A model generated the notes under the pieces. It was given only the letters and a program-made list of their open reading frames with translations. It was not told the origin of the DNA and searched no databases. A stretch of 63,997 nt of DNA, filler included, from Dirinaria sp. TL-2023a (lineage: Eukaryota): the NCBI GenBank assembly GCA_051941275.1. It is 6 parts of 6 records of this genome, joined end to end, with 100 filler letters (N's around TTAATTAATTAA, not from the genome) between each part and the next. Parts side by side here need not be neighbours in the genome. Positions count along the whole stretch, not along the records: positions 53,653 to 63,997 come from JAVEBF010000948.1; 5 more parts are not named here. One strand, written 5' to 3'. A program made the position numbers and the translations under genes. Of this stretch, positions 60,560 through 63,997 are shown in pieces (positions within the stretch are counted from its first letter, which is position 1; every line of letters starts with the position of its first letter).

Positions 60560-62357
60560 CGTGGCTCTGAGAATTATGGGATCAAGGTCAGGGACGCGGT
60601 GGTGCATTTATGCTCACGGAAAAGAGCGCGGGAAAGAATAGCCATGTTTCTATGCCGGTGGGGCGTATATGGCTTAGCTGCATGCTACGAGATACCAGAT
60701 GATATGTTTTTTCATGCAGCTTCAACTCAGGGAATTTACTTTACAGCTCCCACCGCGCCAGAGCGTGTGCAAAGTCGCCCGTCCCTTATTATCCCGACTT
60801 TTGTTAAACATGAGGTGGGGGTTGAAGACATGGAGAGAAGACATAAGATAGATTCTTGCTGCAATGGGGAAATACTATCGAGGGAAGAGATCGAATTCTC
60901 GCAGATAGTATTTGGCATTGCATTATTATTGGATAGGGTTACTCGATTTCTCGGCTGTTTGGCCGCAAGACTTACCGTGTGTAGCCCGAACCATGGATAC
61001 ACGAGTAAATTTGTACTTCTAAAGGGTGTCAAGTGTCGGAGATTCGGACGAGTCTCCGTTGCATTTGACAGTAGTTGGTGTGCTGGGTAAGGTATATCTT
61101 ATTACCTACTAATGGATGTGGCTTCTAATGTAAGGCAAGCGTGTACCTACATGTACATGCAGGAGTACTTTACTGGAAATATGCCGAAAATCTGGGGTGA
61201 TACTGCATATTATCTATCTTCTCAATTAGCCGGGGTGCGGAGCTTTTTGCTTCTTAGCAGCTGTAATGCTGTATACAAATTTTCAAGGTTCTGATCTGGC
61301 TGGCTATGGATTAGGTGAGCATGCAAGCAAGTACTGACTGCACTAATGGTACCTTACTGTTGGGTAGAGTACGAGTACGTTGTAGAGGTGAAGCTGTTGC
61401 ATGTCTCTGTATCTCTGTACCTGAGAAAGTCCAGACCGAACCATGGCAGCATGATCAGGGTCTGCCGAATCAGAATGCCCGAATACCTTAGGTTTGGCCC
61501 CTTCTCCAGTCCATCTGGCGCCATCACCCAAATCAACCGGGACCGTCATTTCGCTGTGTCCAATCAGACGCCTGGACAGCCGAGCTCCTCGCCTAATCTG
61601 GACGGACTTGGCATTGGCGTCCAACTACATGGGCCGAAGGTACCGAAGTACTATCACTAAGTACTATGGTACTGCGAATATCTCGAGCTTTGAAGCTGCT
61701 CCAGCCTTGTCGTTGCTTCCCCCAAGCCTTGTTCACCTGACTACCTCACACCGCTCTCAAAGTGCTAAATCGTTTTGGGTTCGAAGAAACCCGCGGTTAG
61801 GCCTGACGTTCAAGCAAGTATGGATTCAAGAATGAGCACGAGTCAAGCTCGTACGGTATTTCGCCCTCCACAAGGTCTCTTGATTTTATTTTGGACTGGT
61901 GCAGAACCACCGACGTGCAGGAATCCAATCTCCTTCCTCCGTGTTGATTGGCCCATCTGGCGCATGTCAATATCGCAACCGCACCCTTTTCCCCCATTTA
62001 GCACACTGAGGATCTGGAACCTTGGCTAGTCCCCATCCGGCCGCTGTATTGAGACTTCCGTCCGCGCAGCTGAGCGGTGATGGGGGTTAGAGCCGTGCAT
62101 CGACTGGCACCGGCGTCTTGTCAAGTGTGGTGCTCAGCGGGAAGTACCTTGGGAAGTAGGGAAAGATAATGCGGTGGTCCGACGGAGAGCCATGCACTCG
62201 ACAGCCTTGCAGTTGGAACCTCTTATAAGGGCCTCGGTTTCTTCTTGTAGCCTTGCCCGCTTCTCCTTCAGTCGTGCCACTCTTTCTCTCGTTTGTCAAG
62301 CATAATAGCAGTCTTGCTCTGCCTTTCCTTGCCGACGAGGCTTCGACCATTGCAAAC

Positions 62358-63494
62358 ATGGCACCGCTCGGCTTCCCCATTTACACGCATGACAAGACCT
62401 CTCCACGCGGTTTCCGCTGGATCTGGTTCATTCGCGTCCTGCAGATCTGGATCACTCTCGCCGTGCTCGGCGTTACAGCATCCAACGCTGCCTCGTTCAA
62501 CGATATCTCTTGCAGTGTGCCTGGGAAGCTCGCTTGGAATCTCGCTTGTGTTCGTCCAGCCTCATTCTTCTGACTCGCGTCCAAGCGCAGCTGTACTCAT
62601 CCTCCTTTAGGCTGTCCTTGCATTGATCGCTTTAGCCTACTTCTTCCTGTCTACTGGTCCCACTCCGGCCTTCAAGATCCTGCCGTGGTGGATCTTCATC
62701 CAGCTCGGTCTTGATGCCTTGATGTTCATTTTCTGGCTTGCTGCGGCCGCGTCAAGCCACTACACTTGCAATGATTTGTGCAATGCCTGCTCGAACCTGG
62801 CTGGCGTCTATTTTGACAATCTGAGTTGTGTTTGCGACCCCTACGACTACTACTACTACGATAAACGCGGCATGTCGCCCGTCAAGAATGGACTGTTGGA
62901 GAGTAGACGTACGCACTACTCAAGACCGGTTGGCACGGCGGCGGCCAAGCAAGGGCTGGATGCCGTTATGGTGTATGTGACCTTGGCACCAACTCGATCC
63001 TTTGCTATCGCTATGATCGTTTGTCGATACTGACACAACCTAGTGTCCTCTTCGCGGTAACGCTCGGCTCTACCATTGCCTGGATCTTCCAGAGTCGCCG
63101 CCAATCAACCACCACAACAGCCACAGTACCCACGACCAACCCGGCTGCTAATGCCGAAGCAGGCGTCCAGCAAGTATCCACGGAAATGAAGCAAGACACG
63201 CCATACAACCCCAATTACATCGACCCGAACCAAGGCGGATTTGCGCCAGTGAGCCCCGTACAGCAGCCGCAGCAGCAGCAATACCCACCTCAAGGCCAGT
63301 ACCCTCCGCAGCAACCCCAGGGCGGATATCCGCCTCGACAGCAATATCCTCCGCAGGAACAAAATACTCAGCCGCAACAGCAGCAGCAGCAGCAGCAGCC
63401 ACCGCAAGGGTATTATGGAGGACCGGACGGACAGCAGATACCGAACTACCCCACTCCGACACCGGAAATGCAGGCCGAAAGGAGGGATGCATAA
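62358..63494 (+). CDS. MARVEL-like four-TM membrane protein with a Gln/Pro/Tyr/Gly-rich C-terminal tail, 3 exons
   Basis: IRVLQIWITLAVLGV, LDALMFIFWLAAAA and a fourth TM helix after the second intron. Tail of QYPPQ repeats. Confidence 0.75.
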
Positions 63495-63997
63495 GATAGT
63501 TCTCTTGCTTGTTCTCGGCAAGGGTCTTGGCACCCAACGATCAGATCTGTGGAGTAAGTGGGTCATAATGGAAATCTCTCGGCGTTTCCGCTGTTTGGAC
63601 CGTTGGAGTTGGGGACAGAAATCAGAAGATTTTATTATTATTTATTATCGATGAGCAACGATTATGGGGCCTAATGTTCAAGGAAGGAAGTTTCTTCATT
63701 CGCGATACCAAACAAAAAACCTTTCTCCATACTATTCGTTCTCCATTTCTATTCCGCGACAGCATGACCAATTTCTACATATCCAAAAATAAATGGTGAA
63801 ACAAGTGAGGAAGAGGAAAACTTCCGCGAATCGTTTGTGAGATTATATTATTTGAACGTTGTTTTTGGGCCGCGTTTCTGTCGCTCGCTGATTCCTTCCT
63901 ACGCTCAAAAATTTTTTTGGAATTCTGAGGTGAATTTAAGGGTAGGTAAGATTGGGCGTGTATAAAGAATAAGGTGGTTTTGTGTACTGGTATAGCG

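Noticed and set aside
1..63997. CRISPR arrays, prokaryotic operons or defence systems
   Set aside because: All recognisable genes are fungal, most have spliceosomal introns, and no repeat-spacer arrays were seen.

Overview
Eukaryotic DNA from a filamentous ascomycete (Pezizomycotina), with short GT-AG introns and CTRAY branch points. The window is not one locus. It is six ~10.6 kb contigs joined by an artificial 100-nt linker (44 N + TTAATTAATTAA + 44 N), and the four complete contigs run in decreasing length. Contig 1 (1-10676): two MITE-like elements, a PAQR/IZH receptor and a secreted SurE-family phosphatase. Contig 2 (10777-21419): mostly degenerate Gypsy and pseudogene debris that looks CC/GG-depleted, plus SAP18. 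Contig 3 (21520-32139): a Cys-containing secreted protein, a class-III aminotransferase, ETR1, an MCH-type MFS transporter and a two-exon Kex2-type precursor of a 15-aa Cys-rich peptide that the ORF track misses. Contig 4 (32240-42855): a CorA-like protein, a conserved acidic/Pro-rich protein, an M20 amidohydrolase, VMA22 and a conserved putative mitochondrial protein. Contig 5 (42956-53552): NIF3, a Prx5/Ahp1-type peroxiredoxin with a candidate intronic H/ACA snoRNA, SKN7, eIF2B-epsilon and partial mitochondrial uS17. Contig 6 (53653-end): a secreted stand-alone deuterolysin-prodomain-like protein, SYM1, eIF4E and a MARVEL-like protein. The best leads are the Cys-peptide precursor, an apparent CpC-to-TpC RIP-like mutation signature and the intronic snoRNA candidate. 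All family calls come from motif recognition by eye; no searches were run.
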